A stretch of DNA of 64,000 nucleotides from a bacterium. GTDB taxonomy: Bacteria > Actinomycetota > Coriobacteriia > Coriobacteriales > QAMH01. Every line of letters starts with the position of its first letter. Position 1 is the stretch's first letter. The notes below the pieces were generated by a model. That model was not told where the DNA came from. It saw nothing but the letters and a program-made list of their open reading frames with translations, and made no database searches. Below, one piece after another: positions 17,377-26,047 of this stretch. The position numbers were made by a program, and so were the translations under genes. The stretch spans positions 4,017 to 68,016 of the forward strand of contig CAVIIZ010000001.1 in assembly GCA_963642995.1 (NCBI GenBank), read 5' to 3'.

Positions 17377-18936
17377 CTAGAGCGCCTGCCGCTGCAAGGC
17401 CTTGCGGTCCACCTTGCCGTTTGCCGTGGTGGGCAACGCGTCGCAAAAGACGATCTTCTTCGGGATCATGTAGTGCGGCAGGCTCGCCTTCATAGCCTCC
17501 TTCAGCTTCAGGCCCTCGCGGAAATCGGACTCGGCGCGCTCGGCGGCCGAGACCACGTGGGCGACGAGATGGCTCACGCGGCCATCTCGTGTCGCGCACA
17601 CAACGGCCACCTGCGCCACCTGCGGCAACTTGGCTATGTTGCCCTCGATATCGCCCAGCTCGATACGGTATCCGTTGAGCTTCACCTGCAAGTCGAGGCG
17701 GCCGTGGTAATGCAGGGCGCCTTGCGCATCGAGGCGGCCCTCGTCGCCCGTGCGGTAGCTGCGCACTTCCCGGCCGTCGAGGACAGCGGTGCCGAAGGCG
17801 GCCTGCGTGAGGTCGGGACGGCCGAGATAGCCCTTCGCCACCGTGTCGCCCTCTATGACGATCTCGCCCCATTCTCCCCGCCCCGCATCTGCGCCGTTCT
17901 CCGAGATGATGCGCAGGCGCGTGCCGGGGCGCGCGATGCCGACGGGCAGGGGCGCGTCGGATGCGGCCATCTCGGGCGTGACCTCGATGGCGGCGACGGC
18001 CACGGTGGATTCCGTGGGGCCGTAGGTGTTGAAGACCCTCGCCCGGGGGAAGCGCGCCAACAGCTGCGCGGCAAGCGAATTGGGCAACGTCTCGCCGCAG
18101 AACAAGAACAGCTCCAGGTCCGGCAAGACGGAGGCGTCGAACTCCTTGCTGGCCAGGCACATGGCGGCAAAAGAAGGGGTCGATACCCATACGGCCGCGC
18201 CGCTGCCCCGAAGAGCCTCCAGTTGCGCGCGCATGCTGTCTTGCGTCTGCTTGGCAAGGCAGAAAAGCGTGCCGCCCGAGGCGAGCGCCCCGGAAAGCTC
18301 GTAGACGGAAAGGTCGAAGGAAAACGGCGCCTGGTTCAAGAAGACCTTGCCGCGCTTGTCGACGCCGCCGAGGCCGAGCGCCCATGCGGAAAAGTTGTCG
18401 AGGCACTCCGCAGTGACCATCACGCCTTTCGGGTCGCCTGTGGATCCGGAAGTGAAGAGCACGTAGGCGAGGTCGTCGCCTGCCACCCAATGGCGCGGAT
18501 CGGATGCGGCGCCCATACGGGCCGCGTCTTCGAGGGCAGTCCGCGCGCACACATCACACGGCGCGTCGACGGCGGGCATCTCCTCGAGCGCCAACACGAG
18601 CGGCGAAGCGCCCTGGTACGCGCCCACCTGAGCGACAATCGAGGCGACGCGCTCGGGCGGCACGGAAAAGCAATCGACGGGCACATAGGGGTGCCCGGAT
18701 TTCAAACACGCGAGAAACGAGGCGACGACGAGGGGGTCCTTGTGGCCGTAGACGACTACGGGGGCATGCGCGGGAAGAGCCTTCGATTCCACGAGGGAAG
18801 CGAGGGCCTCGGAGGCATCCCACAGCTGCGCATACGTGCACTCGGCTCCAAGCGAGGTCCGTACGGCGATGCGATCCGGATTTTCCCCGACACTGCGGGC
18901 TATATCGTCGAGATAGCGCATGTGCAACTGCTCCAT
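17377..18936 (-). CDS. dltA: D-alanine--D-alanyl carrier protein ligase DltA
   Basis: 519 aa. The adenylation core motif is FTSGSTGDPKGV. Also present are YRTGD and GRLDLQVKLNGYRIELGDIE. Confidence 0.9.
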   Translation of the reverse strand: MEQLHMRYLDDIARSVGENPDRIAVRTSLGAECTYAQLWDASEALASLVESKALPAHAPVVVYGHKDPLVVASFLACLKSGHPYVPVDCFSVPPERVASIVAQVGAYQGASPLVLALEEMPAVDAPCDVCARTALEDAARMGAASDPRHWVAGDDLAYVLFTSGSTGDPKGVMVTAECLDNFSAWALGLGGVDKRGKVFLNQAPFSFDLSVYELSGALASGGTLFCLAKQTQDSMRAQLEALRGSGAAVWVSTPSFAAMCLASKEFDASVLPDLELFLFCGETLPNSLAAQLLARFPRARVFNTYGPTESTVAVAAIEVTPEMAASDAPLPVGIARPGTRLRIISENGADAGRGEWGEIVIEGDTVAKGYLGRPDLTQAAFGTAVLDGREVRSYRTGDEGRLDAQGALHYHGRLDLQVKLNGYRIELGDIEGNIAKLPQVAQVAVVCATRDGRVSHLVAHVVSAAERAESDFREGLKLKEAMKASLPHYMIPKKIVFCDALPTTANGKVDRKALQRQAL

Positions 18937-19081
18937 CGTCTCTTGCCTTGCGAAAGAAAACGCGCATCAATATAGCGCTTGTGCAGAGACGCTGTGCCTG
19001 CGTCCATAAAAAACAGAGAATGAAAGGCCGAAAGCCATCGATGCAGCCCAGAATCGACACAGCGCACGGGTAGCGCCCTTT

Positions 19082-19603
19082 TCAGGACGTGCGGGCGAGA
19101 AACTCCGAGACCACCTCGCGGGAAAGCCCGAAGGAATACCCCTTGTTCACGAGCCTGCGCACAAGCGAGGCCTTCGGGTTGGCGGAGCGGGAAGGATGCG
19201 ACTCGAGATCTGCCATCGCCCGCGCACGTTCCTCGTCCGGGCTGGCGAAATCCTCGGCGCACGACTCGATCGTGGCCTCGGAGATGTGCATCTCGCGCAA
19301 CCGGGCGAGTATCTTCTCGCGCCCCCACCCCGCACGGGTCTTGCCCCGTATGAGGGCGCTCGCGTAAGCCGCATCGCTGACCAGCCCGCAGCGCTGTGCC
19401 GCATCCACCGCCTCGGCCGCCTCCGAATCGGTGAAACCGCAGCGGACGAGGCGCTCGCGCAGCTCCTTGGTGCAACGTTCGCGCACGTTCACCAGGGCAT
19501 GCACCTTTTCCATCGCCTCGGCATGCCGCACGTTGGCCACCGGATCGTTCCACACCGCCTCGCGCTCGGGTAGCGATATCCCGCAATTTTCCAGAGTCTT
19601 CAT
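19082..19603 (-). CDS. recX: recombination regulator RecX
   Basis: Lies directly downstream of recA. It has a three-repeat helical pattern (CTKELRERLVRCGF, AYASALIRGKTRAGWGREKI). I prefer ATG 19603 (MKTLENCG); the track start at 19699 is an alternative. Confidence 0.75.
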   Translation of the reverse strand: MKTLENCGISLPEREAVWNDPVANVRHAEAMEKVHALVNVRERCTKELRERLVRCGFTDSEAAEAVDAAQRCGLVSDAAYASALIRGKTRAGWGREKILARLREMHISEATIESCAEDFASPDEERARAMADLESHPSRSANPKASLVRRLVNKGYSFGLSREVVSEFLARTS

Positions 19604-19706
19604 CTGCGCATCCCCCGCGTGTCTCTTCGTCCTCGCCCGCTTCCCCCCGCTTTTCAAAAAGCGCGACGGTGCGCCTCTTGCGACCCGCCGCGCCCGCATC
19701 TCGATG

Positions 19707-20903
19707 CTATCCGGCCAGCCCGGCGCTCGCCGTCTCCGGGGCGTCTGCCCCCGCCTTCGCGGCCGCCTTCTTGCCCGCAGCCGAGCGCGGTGTCGGTTTC
19801 TCGGGCTTCTCGCCGCCCTTGTCGTATTTCTCCAACGCCTCTTGAGCTGCGACGGTCAGCTCCACCGTCTCGTCCATCCCCGCATCTGCCATATCGTCGG
19901 CGGGCAAGCCGAGCGCGACGCGGACCTTGTTTTCTATCTCGCGCCGCAACGCGGGCGTGGAGGCAAGCGTCTGCTTCGCCGCCTCGCGCCCCTGTCCCAG
20001 CCGATCGCTGCCGTAGGTGTACCAGGAGCCGGATTTCGTGACGACGTCCATGTCCACGCCCATGTCCAAGATGTTGCCCTCGCGTGATATGCCCGTGCCG
20101 TACATGAGGTCGAATTCCGCCTGCCGGAAAGGCGCGGCGCACTTGTTCTTGCGCACTTTCACCCGCACGCGGTTGCCGATGGCATCGCCTCCTGCCTTGA
20201 TGGTCTCGATGCGGCGTATGTCGAGGCGCATGGACGCGTAGAACTTCAACGCGTTGCCGCCCGAGGTGGTCTCGGGGCTGCCGAAAACGACGCCTATCTT
20301 CTCGCGCAACTGGTTGATGAAGATGCAGGTGGTGTTCGAGCGCGACAGCGAACCGGCGAGCTTGCGCAGGGCCTGGCTCATGAGGCGCGCCTGCAAGCCG
20401 ACGGAACTGTCTCCTATCTCGCCTTCTATCTCGGCACGGGGCACGAGGGCGGCAACGGAGTCCACCACGATGGCGGCGAGCGCGTTCGAGCGGACGAGCA
20501 TGTCGCAGATCTCGAGCGCCTGCTCGCCGGTGTCCGGTTGCGATATGAGCAGCTCGTCGATGTCCACGCCCAGCTTGGCCGCATACACCGGATCCAATGC
20601 ATGCTCGGCGTCGATGAAGGCGACGGTGCCGCCCTGGGCCTGGGCCTCTGCCAGCACGTGCAGGGCAAGCGTCGTCTTGCCCGAACTTTCAGGCCCGTAT
20701 ATCTCGACTATGCGCCCGCGCGGCACGCCCCCTATGCCGAGCGCCGCATCGAGGGCGAGGGAGCCCGTGGGGATGACGGCGACGTCCATCTGCCCGGCGT
20801 CGTCGCCCAGCTTCATGATCGCGCCCTTGCCGAACTTCTTCTCGATTTGCCTGGTCGTCAACTCGAGCATGTCGCCCTCGCCGTGTGCTGCCTGCTGCGC
20901 CAT
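19707..20903 (-). CDS. recA: recombinase RecA
   Basis: 398 aa. [13 protein letters not shown] is the Walker A motif. The rest is canonical RecA sequence. GAGGAGGAG RBS lies upstream of the ATG. Confidence 0.97.
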   Translation of the reverse strand: MAQQAAHGEGDMLELTTRQIEKKFGKGAIMKLGDDAGQMDVAVIPTGSLALDAALGIGGVPRGRIVEIYGPESSGKTTLALHVLAEAQAQGGTVAFIDAEHALDPVYAAKLGVDIDELLISQPDTGEQALEICDMLVRSNALAAIVVDSVAALVPRAEIEGEIGDSSVGLQARLMSQALRKLAGSLSRSNTTCIFINQLREKIGVVFGSPETTSGGNALKFYASMRLDIRRIETIKAGGDAIGNRVRVKVRKNKCAAPFRQAEFDLMYGTGISREGNILDMGVDMDVVTKSGSWYTYGSDRLGQGREAAKQTLASTPALRREIENKVRVALGLPADDMADAGMDETVELTVAAQEALEKYDKGGEKPEKPTPRSAAGKKAAAKAGADAPETASAGLAG

Positions 20904-20938
20904 GTGCTCCTCCTCTTCATTCGCGCGTCGTCTGCGCC

Positions 20939-20967
20939 ATCTTAACCGAACACTTGTTCTATGTCAA
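20939..20967 (-). promoter_or_regulatory. recA promoter (-35 TTGACA, 17-nt spacer, -10 TAAGAT)
   Basis: The - strand reads TTGACAtagaacaagtgttcggtTAAGAT. The + strand TGTCAA is at 20962-20967 and ATCTTA at 20939-20944. The -10 element lies about 35 nt upstream of the recA ATG. Confidence 0.6.
20947..20960. promoter_or_regulatory. LexA (SOS/Cheo-type) box GAAC-N4-GTTC
   Basis: CGAACACTTGTTCT sits inside the recA promoter spacer and matches the Gram-positive CGAAC-N4-GTTCG operator pattern. Confidence 0.6.
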
Positions 20968-21133
20968 ACCCTTTCCCCGGCATGGCTTTTCGCATCTGCC
21001 GCACCTGCGGCCGGTGCATGCCGCACGCCTGCCGCGAGAAGACATTACCCGTGCGGCCTTTGGGAAAACCACCCCCCGTTTTGAAGATTTTTTTCCGTAC
21101 GCCCCCAAACAAAATCCAAACGCCATCCGGACA

Positions 21134-21158
21134 GGACCTGAACACGGCTTTCAGGTCC
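21134..21158. terminator. perfect 9-bp hairpin between cinA and recA (possible terminator)
   Basis: GGACCTGAA-cacggct-TTCAGGTCC. On the - strand it is followed by a moderately T-rich tract (tgtccggatggcgTTTggaTTTTgTTTgg). Confidence 0.3.
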
Positions 21159-21275
21159 CGGACGTTTCACACGGCATCCAAACGAAGGCAAAGAAGACCA
21201 CGGCGCATCGCCGACGGGAAAAGAGCGTTTCCCAAACGCCCGCAGACGAAAACCCGGACGGAATCGAAACGGACT

Positions 21276-21761
21276 CTACAACGCTTCCATCAAAAGTCCG
21301 AGCGCGCGGTGCACGGCAAGCTCGCGCACCTCGGCGCGCGTTTGCCCCCGCACCGTCGTGCAGGCGCGCGTCCCGTTTGCATCCGCAAGCCCGAAGCACA
21401 CCGTGCCCACCGGACGGCCCGGCTGCGCCCCGCCAGGTCCTGCGATTCCCGTGGTCGCCACCGCGATGTCGCAGGAAAGCAGCTTGCGCGCGCCTTGCGC
21501 CATGGACATCGCGACCTCCTCGGAGACGACGCCGCAACGCTCCACGAGCTGCGCCGGCACGCCGAGCACGTCCGACTTCGTTTGCGCCCAATACGCGACG
21601 ACGCCGCCCTTGAACACGGCAGACGCCCCCGCCACGTCCGTGATCGCGCCCGCCACGAGGCCGCCCGTGCACGACTCGGCGCAGGCAAGCGTCGCGCCCG
21701 CCGCCCCGGCGGCCTCGACGAGCTCCCTTGCCAAAGCCGCGTTATCTTTCGCCATCTGCAT
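21276..21761 (-). CDS. cinA: CinA C-terminal domain protein (nicotinamide-nucleotide amidohydrolase PncC type)
   Basis: Starts MQMAKDNAALAREL. LACAESCTGGL is the hallmark CinA_C motif. Its start overlaps the end of pgsA. Confidence 0.8.
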   Translation of the reverse strand: MQMAKDNAALARELVEAAGAAGATLACAESCTGGLVAGAITDVAGASAVFKGGVVAYWAQTKSDVLGVPAQLVERCGVVSEEVAMSMAQGARKLLSCDIAVATTGIAGPGGAQPGRPVGTVCFGLADANGTRACTTVRGQTRAEVRELAVHRALGLLMEAL

Positions 21762-22383
21762 CGCCTCCCGCGAACAGATGGCGCGCCTTGGCGAAGTAGT
21801 CGGCCATCGACAAGACGGTGGCCACGACCGCCGCGAGCAGCACGGCCCAGGCAAAAGCCGTGAAGGCCGTCGCCGCGCCGCCGCCGTCTATCTGCATCCC
21901 CAGCGCGTACTTCACGATGAAGAGCAATATGGCCGCAATCTGCAAGACGGTCTTGGCCTTGCCGAACCAGCTAGCGGCGATGACCTCGCCTTTCGATGCC
22001 GCGACCATGCGCAGGCCCGAGACGATGAACTCGCGCGCGATGATGACGAGCGCGACCCAGCTGGGAAACTGCTGCAGCTCGACCAAGGCCAGAAGCGCCG
22101 CGCACACGAGTATCTTGTCGGCGAGCGGGTCCATGAACTTGCCGATGTCGGTGACCTGCCCGCGCGAACGGGCGAGATGGCCGTCGAGGGCGTCGGTGGC
22201 AGAGATCGCCGCGAAGACGGCCGCCGCGACCCACGGCTGCACCGCCGCCCAAAAACCCGGGTCGGGAAACCACGCCGGCCACGGCGAGAGCAGCACCGCG
22301 ACGAAAACGGGGATGAGCAGGATGCGCACGAGGGTGACGATGTTGGCAGGCGTCGCCAGCTCCTCTTTGAAGCCGGGGTTCAT
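21742..22383 (-). CDS. pgsA: CDP-diacylglycerol--glycerol-3-phosphate 3-phosphatidyltransferase
   Basis: 213 aa. The CDP-alcohol phosphatidyltransferase motif is DALDGHLARSRGQVTDIGKFMDPLADK. It has several TM helices. Confidence 0.9.
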   Translation of the reverse strand: MNPGFKEELATPANIVTLVRILLIPVFVAVLLSPWPAWFPDPGFWAAVQPWVAAAVFAAISATDALDGHLARSRGQVTDIGKFMDPLADKILVCAALLALVELQQFPSWVALVIIAREFIVSGLRMVAASKGEVIAASWFGKAKTVLQIAAILLFIVKYALGMQIDGGGAATAFTAFAWAVLLAAVVATVLSMADYFAKARHLFAGGDADGER

Positions 22384-23822
22384 GAAAACCGCGCCCCCTC
22401 CCCCGCACCCGCGGCGCCGTCGTCCGCGTCCAAAAGCTCTCCCACCAGCTCGTGGCAGAAGGCGTCGACGATGCGCACGCGGACAAAGGAGCCCACGGGC
22501 AGCGCGTCGGCAGACGGAACGGGCACGTGCACCTGCCCGTCCACTTCAGGCGCCTGGAACTGGGCGCGGCACAGCGCCTCCGGGCCGCCGTCAGTCTCCT
22601 CGAAACCCTCGACCAGCACATCGTGGACTTGCCCCACGCGCGCCTCGGCGCGTCGCCACCCCGCATGCTCGACCACGTCCAGCAGGCGTTGCGCGCGCGC
22701 GAGCTTCTCGTCGTCGTCGAGCTGGCCGCGCAACCCGGCCGCCGCAGATCCCTCCTCGCGCGAATAGGGAAAGACCCCGCCGAAGTCGAAGGCGGCCGCA
22801 TCGGCGAAATCCACGAGCGCCTCGGCCTGTTCGGGCGTCTCGCCCGGGAAACCGGCCATGAAGGTGGTGCGCAGCCCCACGTCGGGAAGCACCTCGCGCA
22901 CGTGGGCGGCCAGCGCGAGGTATTCCTCGGCCGAACCCCTGCGGTTCATGGCCTCCAGCACCCGGGACTCGCAGTGCTGCAGCGGGATGTCCAGATAGGA
23001 GCAGACGTTGCCCGTGTCGCGCATGAGGGAAAGCAGATCGTCGCCTATGCCCTCCGGTTGCGTGTACATCACGCGAAACCAGGTGGACGGAAAGCGCGCG
23101 GCGGCCTCGGAGAGCAGGTGCGCGAGGGTGTCGGGCTCGGGAAAATCGCCGCCCCATATCCCCGTGTCCTGCCCGATGAAGACGATCTCGGCCACGCCGG
23201 CGCCCACCAGGCCCGCGACCTCGGAGAGGATATCGTCAAGCGAAAAGCTGCGGTAGCGGCCGCGTATGTGGGGGATCATGCAATACGAGCAGAAGCGGTC
23301 GCAGCCATCCGAAACCTTCACGTAGGCAAAGGCCTGCTCGCGGCTCCTCCAGCCGCCCCGCTCCGTCGCGGCCGCGGCCTCGCCGGCCCCTGCGCCCGCG
23401 CCGTCGCCCGCCCCGCCTGCAGGGCCTATGATCCGCGCGACCGCCTCGACCACGTGCTCTTCGGCGTCAGCCGGCAGGAAACCGGCGACTTCGGAAAGCT
23501 CGTCGGCCAGCTCGTCGCCGTAGCGCGAGGGCATGCAGCCGGCGACGAGCACCTTGCCCGCGTGCTCCGTGCCTTCCTGCGCCGAAAGCACCGAGAATAT
23601 CTCGTCTATGCTCTCGGCGGTGGCGCTGGCAAGAAACGAGCAGGTGTTGACGATGACCAGGTCGGCGTCTGCCGCATCTGCGGCCACCCCGTATCCCGCC
23701 GCCGCAAGGCGCGTGCGCATCTTGTCGGTGTCCACCTCGTTTTTCGCGCACCCCAGCGTGACGAAGGCCACGCGCGGGGCGGCGTTCGTGCCGCCGTTTT
23801 CACACATAGAAGGCTCTGCCAT
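22380..23822 (-). CDS. rimO: radical-SAM methylthiotransferase, most likely ribosomal protein S12 methylthiotransferase RimO (MiaB family)
   Basis: 480 aa. VAFVTLGCAKNEVDTDKM is the UPF0004 N-domain. VSDGCDRFCSYCMIP is a Cx3Cx2C triad. A C-terminal TRAM-like region is present. ATGA overlap with pgsA. The rimO-versus-miaB call rests on N-terminal similarity and the ftsK...pgsA-cinA-recA neighbourhood. Confidence 0.65.
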   Translation of the reverse strand: MAEPSMCENGGTNAAPRVAFVTLGCAKNEVDTDKMRTRLAAAGYGVAADAADADLVIVNTCSFLASATAESIDEIFSVLSAQEGTEHAGKVLVAGCMPSRYGDELADELSEVAGFLPADAEEHVVEAVARIIGPAGGAGDGAGAGAGEAAAATERGGWRSREQAFAYVKVSDGCDRFCSYCMIPHIRGRYRSFSLDDILSEVAGLVGAGVAEIVFIGQDTGIWGGDFPEPDTLAHLLSEAAARFPSTWFRVMYTQPEGIGDDLLSLMRDTGNVCSYLDIPLQHCESRVLEAMNRRGSAEEYLALAAHVREVLPDVGLRTTFMAGFPGETPEQAEALVDFADAAAFDFGGVFPYSREEGSAAAGLRGQLDDDEKLARAQRLLDVVEHAGWRRAEARVGQVHDVLVEGFEETDGGPEALCRAQFQAPEVDGQVHVPVPSADALPVGSFVRVRIVDAFCHELVGELLDADDGAAGAGEGARFS

Positions 23823-23898
23823 CCGTCCTCGCCGTCCTCGCTTGCCGCTGCGGGCGCGCGCGCCGCACCCGTCTGCGCCCGCGTCCGCGCCCCATGTT

Positions 23899-24396
23899 CT
23901 AGCGGTAGTTGCCGAACTGCAGCGGCAACCCGTATTCCCTGTCCTTCAAAAACGCGATGACGGCCTGCAAATCGTCGCGCTTGGGACCGGTGACGCGCAG
24001 CTTCTCCCCCTCGATTTGCACTTTCACCTTGAATTTCTCGGCTTTTATGTCCTTGGAGATGCGCTTTGCCGTGTCGGCGTCGATGCCCTGCACCAACGTG
24101 CCCCGGCGGCGCACCATGCCGCCCGACGCGTCCTCGTCGTCGCCCCAGCGCACGCAGGCCAGATCGACCTTGCGCTTGACCAGCGCAGAGCCCAGCACGT
24201 CGACCACCTGGCCTGCCGTGAAGGCGCTCGGCGCGAGCACGGTGAAGGTGGCGGCCGCGCGGTCGAACTCGATTTTCGCGCCCGAGTCCTTCAGGTCGTA
24301 GCGCTGCGAGAGCGCCTTCGACGCCTGGTTGTAGGCGTTGTCCACCTCTTGCAGGTCGCACTCGGACATGATGTCGAAGCTGTTGTCTTTTGCCAT
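23899..24396 (-). CDS. yajQ: YajQ family nucleotide-binding protein (UPF0234)
   Basis: 165 aa. MAKDNSFDIMSECDLQEVDNAYNQ and the two-domain YajQ layout ending in ...LPLQFGNYR. Confidence 0.85.
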   Translation of the reverse strand: MAKDNSFDIMSECDLQEVDNAYNQASKALSQRYDLKDSGAKIEFDRAAATFTVLAPSAFTAGQVVDVLGSALVKRKVDLACVRWGDDEDASGGMVRRRGTLVQGIDADTAKRISKDIKAEKFKVKVQIEGEKLRVTGPKRDDLQAVIAFLKDREYGLPLQFGNYR

Positions 24397-24411
24397 CGGA
24401 TGTTCCTTTCC

Positions 24412-26043
24412 CTATCTCGCGGCGCCCGCCGCGTTTGCCGTCTGGATGGACAGCGAGAGCTTGCCCGTCCCGTCTTGCTGGCGCTCGACGGACACCTCCT
24501 GGCCGTTTTCGGTGACCTTCACCGCATCCGGATTGCCGAAGGTGGCCTCCATGGACTCCGTGACCTGAAAACTGCGGCTCCAAGGCCCCACCGCGGTGCC
24601 GCTGTAGGCCTTGTCGTCGTCGTAAGTCACGTTCACGAGCGAGGTCTTTCCCGCATCCACCACGATGGAAACCGAGACGGGGTTGCCGTTGGTCGTCGTG
24701 ACCGTGGCAGAGGCGCTGCCCTCGTCTTGGGTGGCCACGCTGTCGTCGTGCGCGCCGCCTTGCACCTGGATGATGCCCGTGCTGCCGGACCCCGCGGTGC
24801 CGACGAGGAAGGCGGCGACGATGGCAACGGCCGCCACGAGGAAGATGACGGCGATGGCGATGAGGCGCGTGCGTCTTTCGCTGAAGATGGAGGCGATGGC
24901 GCCCAGCAGCATCTGGAAGAGGTTCTGCTGGCGGGTGAGGGTGCTGCGCAGCTCGCGCTCCTCCTCGTCGCGCCGGCGGCGGCTGCGCCGGCGGTCGGCG
25001 CGGTCGCGTTCCGCCGAGATCTCCTCGTCGGTGGCGGCGAGCGCATCGGAAAGCCCCGTGCCTTCCTCGCCTGTCCCCGCTGCCTCCGCCGTCGCGCGAG
25101 AGAGGCGCCCGGATGCGCCCGGCCCATGCGATGCGCCCGCTTCGGCAGTCGCATGTGCCGGCCGCGCCTGCGCCGCGCCCTCGCCCCCGGCCGCATCGCG
25201 CTCGCGCATCTTGCGCTTGTACTCCTCGAACGCGCTGTGGCGCAGGCGGCCGTGGCGCAAGGGGGCAGACGGGGAGGACGCCGGATCCGAAGAGGCGCAA
25301 GGAGACGGCGCCGAGGCGTCTGCGCCGAAAGAGTCGAGGGCGTCCGGAAGCTGCGCGTCGCGCGCCCCCCTCCCGAGACGTCCGCCGTCCCCCCGGCCGG
25401 CGCCCGCGCGCCGCGAGGAGCCTTCGTGGGCGTTTTCCGCTTCGATACGCCGCGAGCCGCCCGGACGGCGCGAGGCGACGCGCCCGGCATCCGCACGCCC
25501 CCCGTCGCGCCTGTCCGCCCCGTCGGCGGCAAGGCCTGCCGTGCGGCCATGCCCGCGGCGCGGCGCATCCGCCGCGTTGCGCTTGCCCACGACCTTTACG
25601 TTGCGGGCGGTGTTTTGCTCCGTGGCCGCCCGTGCGACGTCGCGACGCTCCTCGTCGGTCTTCTCGCGCTCGTCGGTCATCTGCCTGGCGGCGTCCCTTC
25701 CCCGCGAGACGGGTTTGGCGCCCTGCGGGCGGCGCATGCCGAAGCGCCCGTCGCCGCGCCTCGCGTATTCGGCGTTTCGCGCGATCTCGCGGCGTTGCTC
25801 GTATTCGGCCAGCTCGCCTTCGTACACCGAGAGCACCTCGCGCGGATCCAGCCCCAGCAGGCGCGCATACGACGAGAGCATGCCCTGCGCATAGCCCTTC
25901 GCGGGAAAATGCGCGTAATCGCCGGCCTCGAAGGTGGCGAGCACCCTCGCGCGGATATTGGTGGTCTCGGCGGCCTCGGAAAGCGACATCCCGATGGCCT
26001 CGCGGCGCATCCGGAGCATGTCGCCTATCTTGTAGCTTTGCAC
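24412..26043 (-). CDS. RodZ-like helix-turn-helix membrane protein with a long Arg/Gly/Ala/Asp-rich linker and a DUF4115-like C-terminal domain
   Basis: The HTH is GDMLRMRREAIGMSLSEAAETTNIRARVLATFEAGDY. A single TM helix is LIAIAVIFLVAAVAIVAAFLV. The C-terminus is beta-rich. I prefer GTG 26043; ATG 26019 is an alternative. Confidence 0.65.
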   Translation of the reverse strand: MQSYKIGDMLRMRREAIGMSLSEAAETTNIRARVLATFEAGDYAHFPAKGYAQGMLSSYARLLGLDPREVLSVYEGELAEYEQRREIARNAEYARRGDGRFGMRRPQGAKPVSRGRDAARQMTDEREKTDEERRDVARAATEQNTARNVKVVGKRNAADAPRRGHGRTAGLAADGADRRDGGRADAGRVASRRPGGSRRIEAENAHEGSSRRAGAGRGDGGRLGRGARDAQLPDALDSFGADASAPSPCASSDPASSPSAPLRHGRLRHSAFEEYKRKMRERDAAGGEGAAQARPAHATAEAGASHGPGASGRLSRATAEAAGTGEEGTGLSDALAATDEEISAERDRADRRRSRRRRDEEERELRSTLTRQQNLFQMLLGAIASIFSERRTRLIAIAVIFLVAAVAIVAAFLVGTAGSGSTGIIQVQGGAHDDSVATQDEGSASATVTTTNGNPVSVSIVVDAGKTSLVNVTYDDDKAYSGTAVGPWSRSFQVTESMEATFGNPDAVKVTENGQEVSVERQQDGTGKLSLSIQTANAAGAAR

Positions 26044-26047
26044 GACA

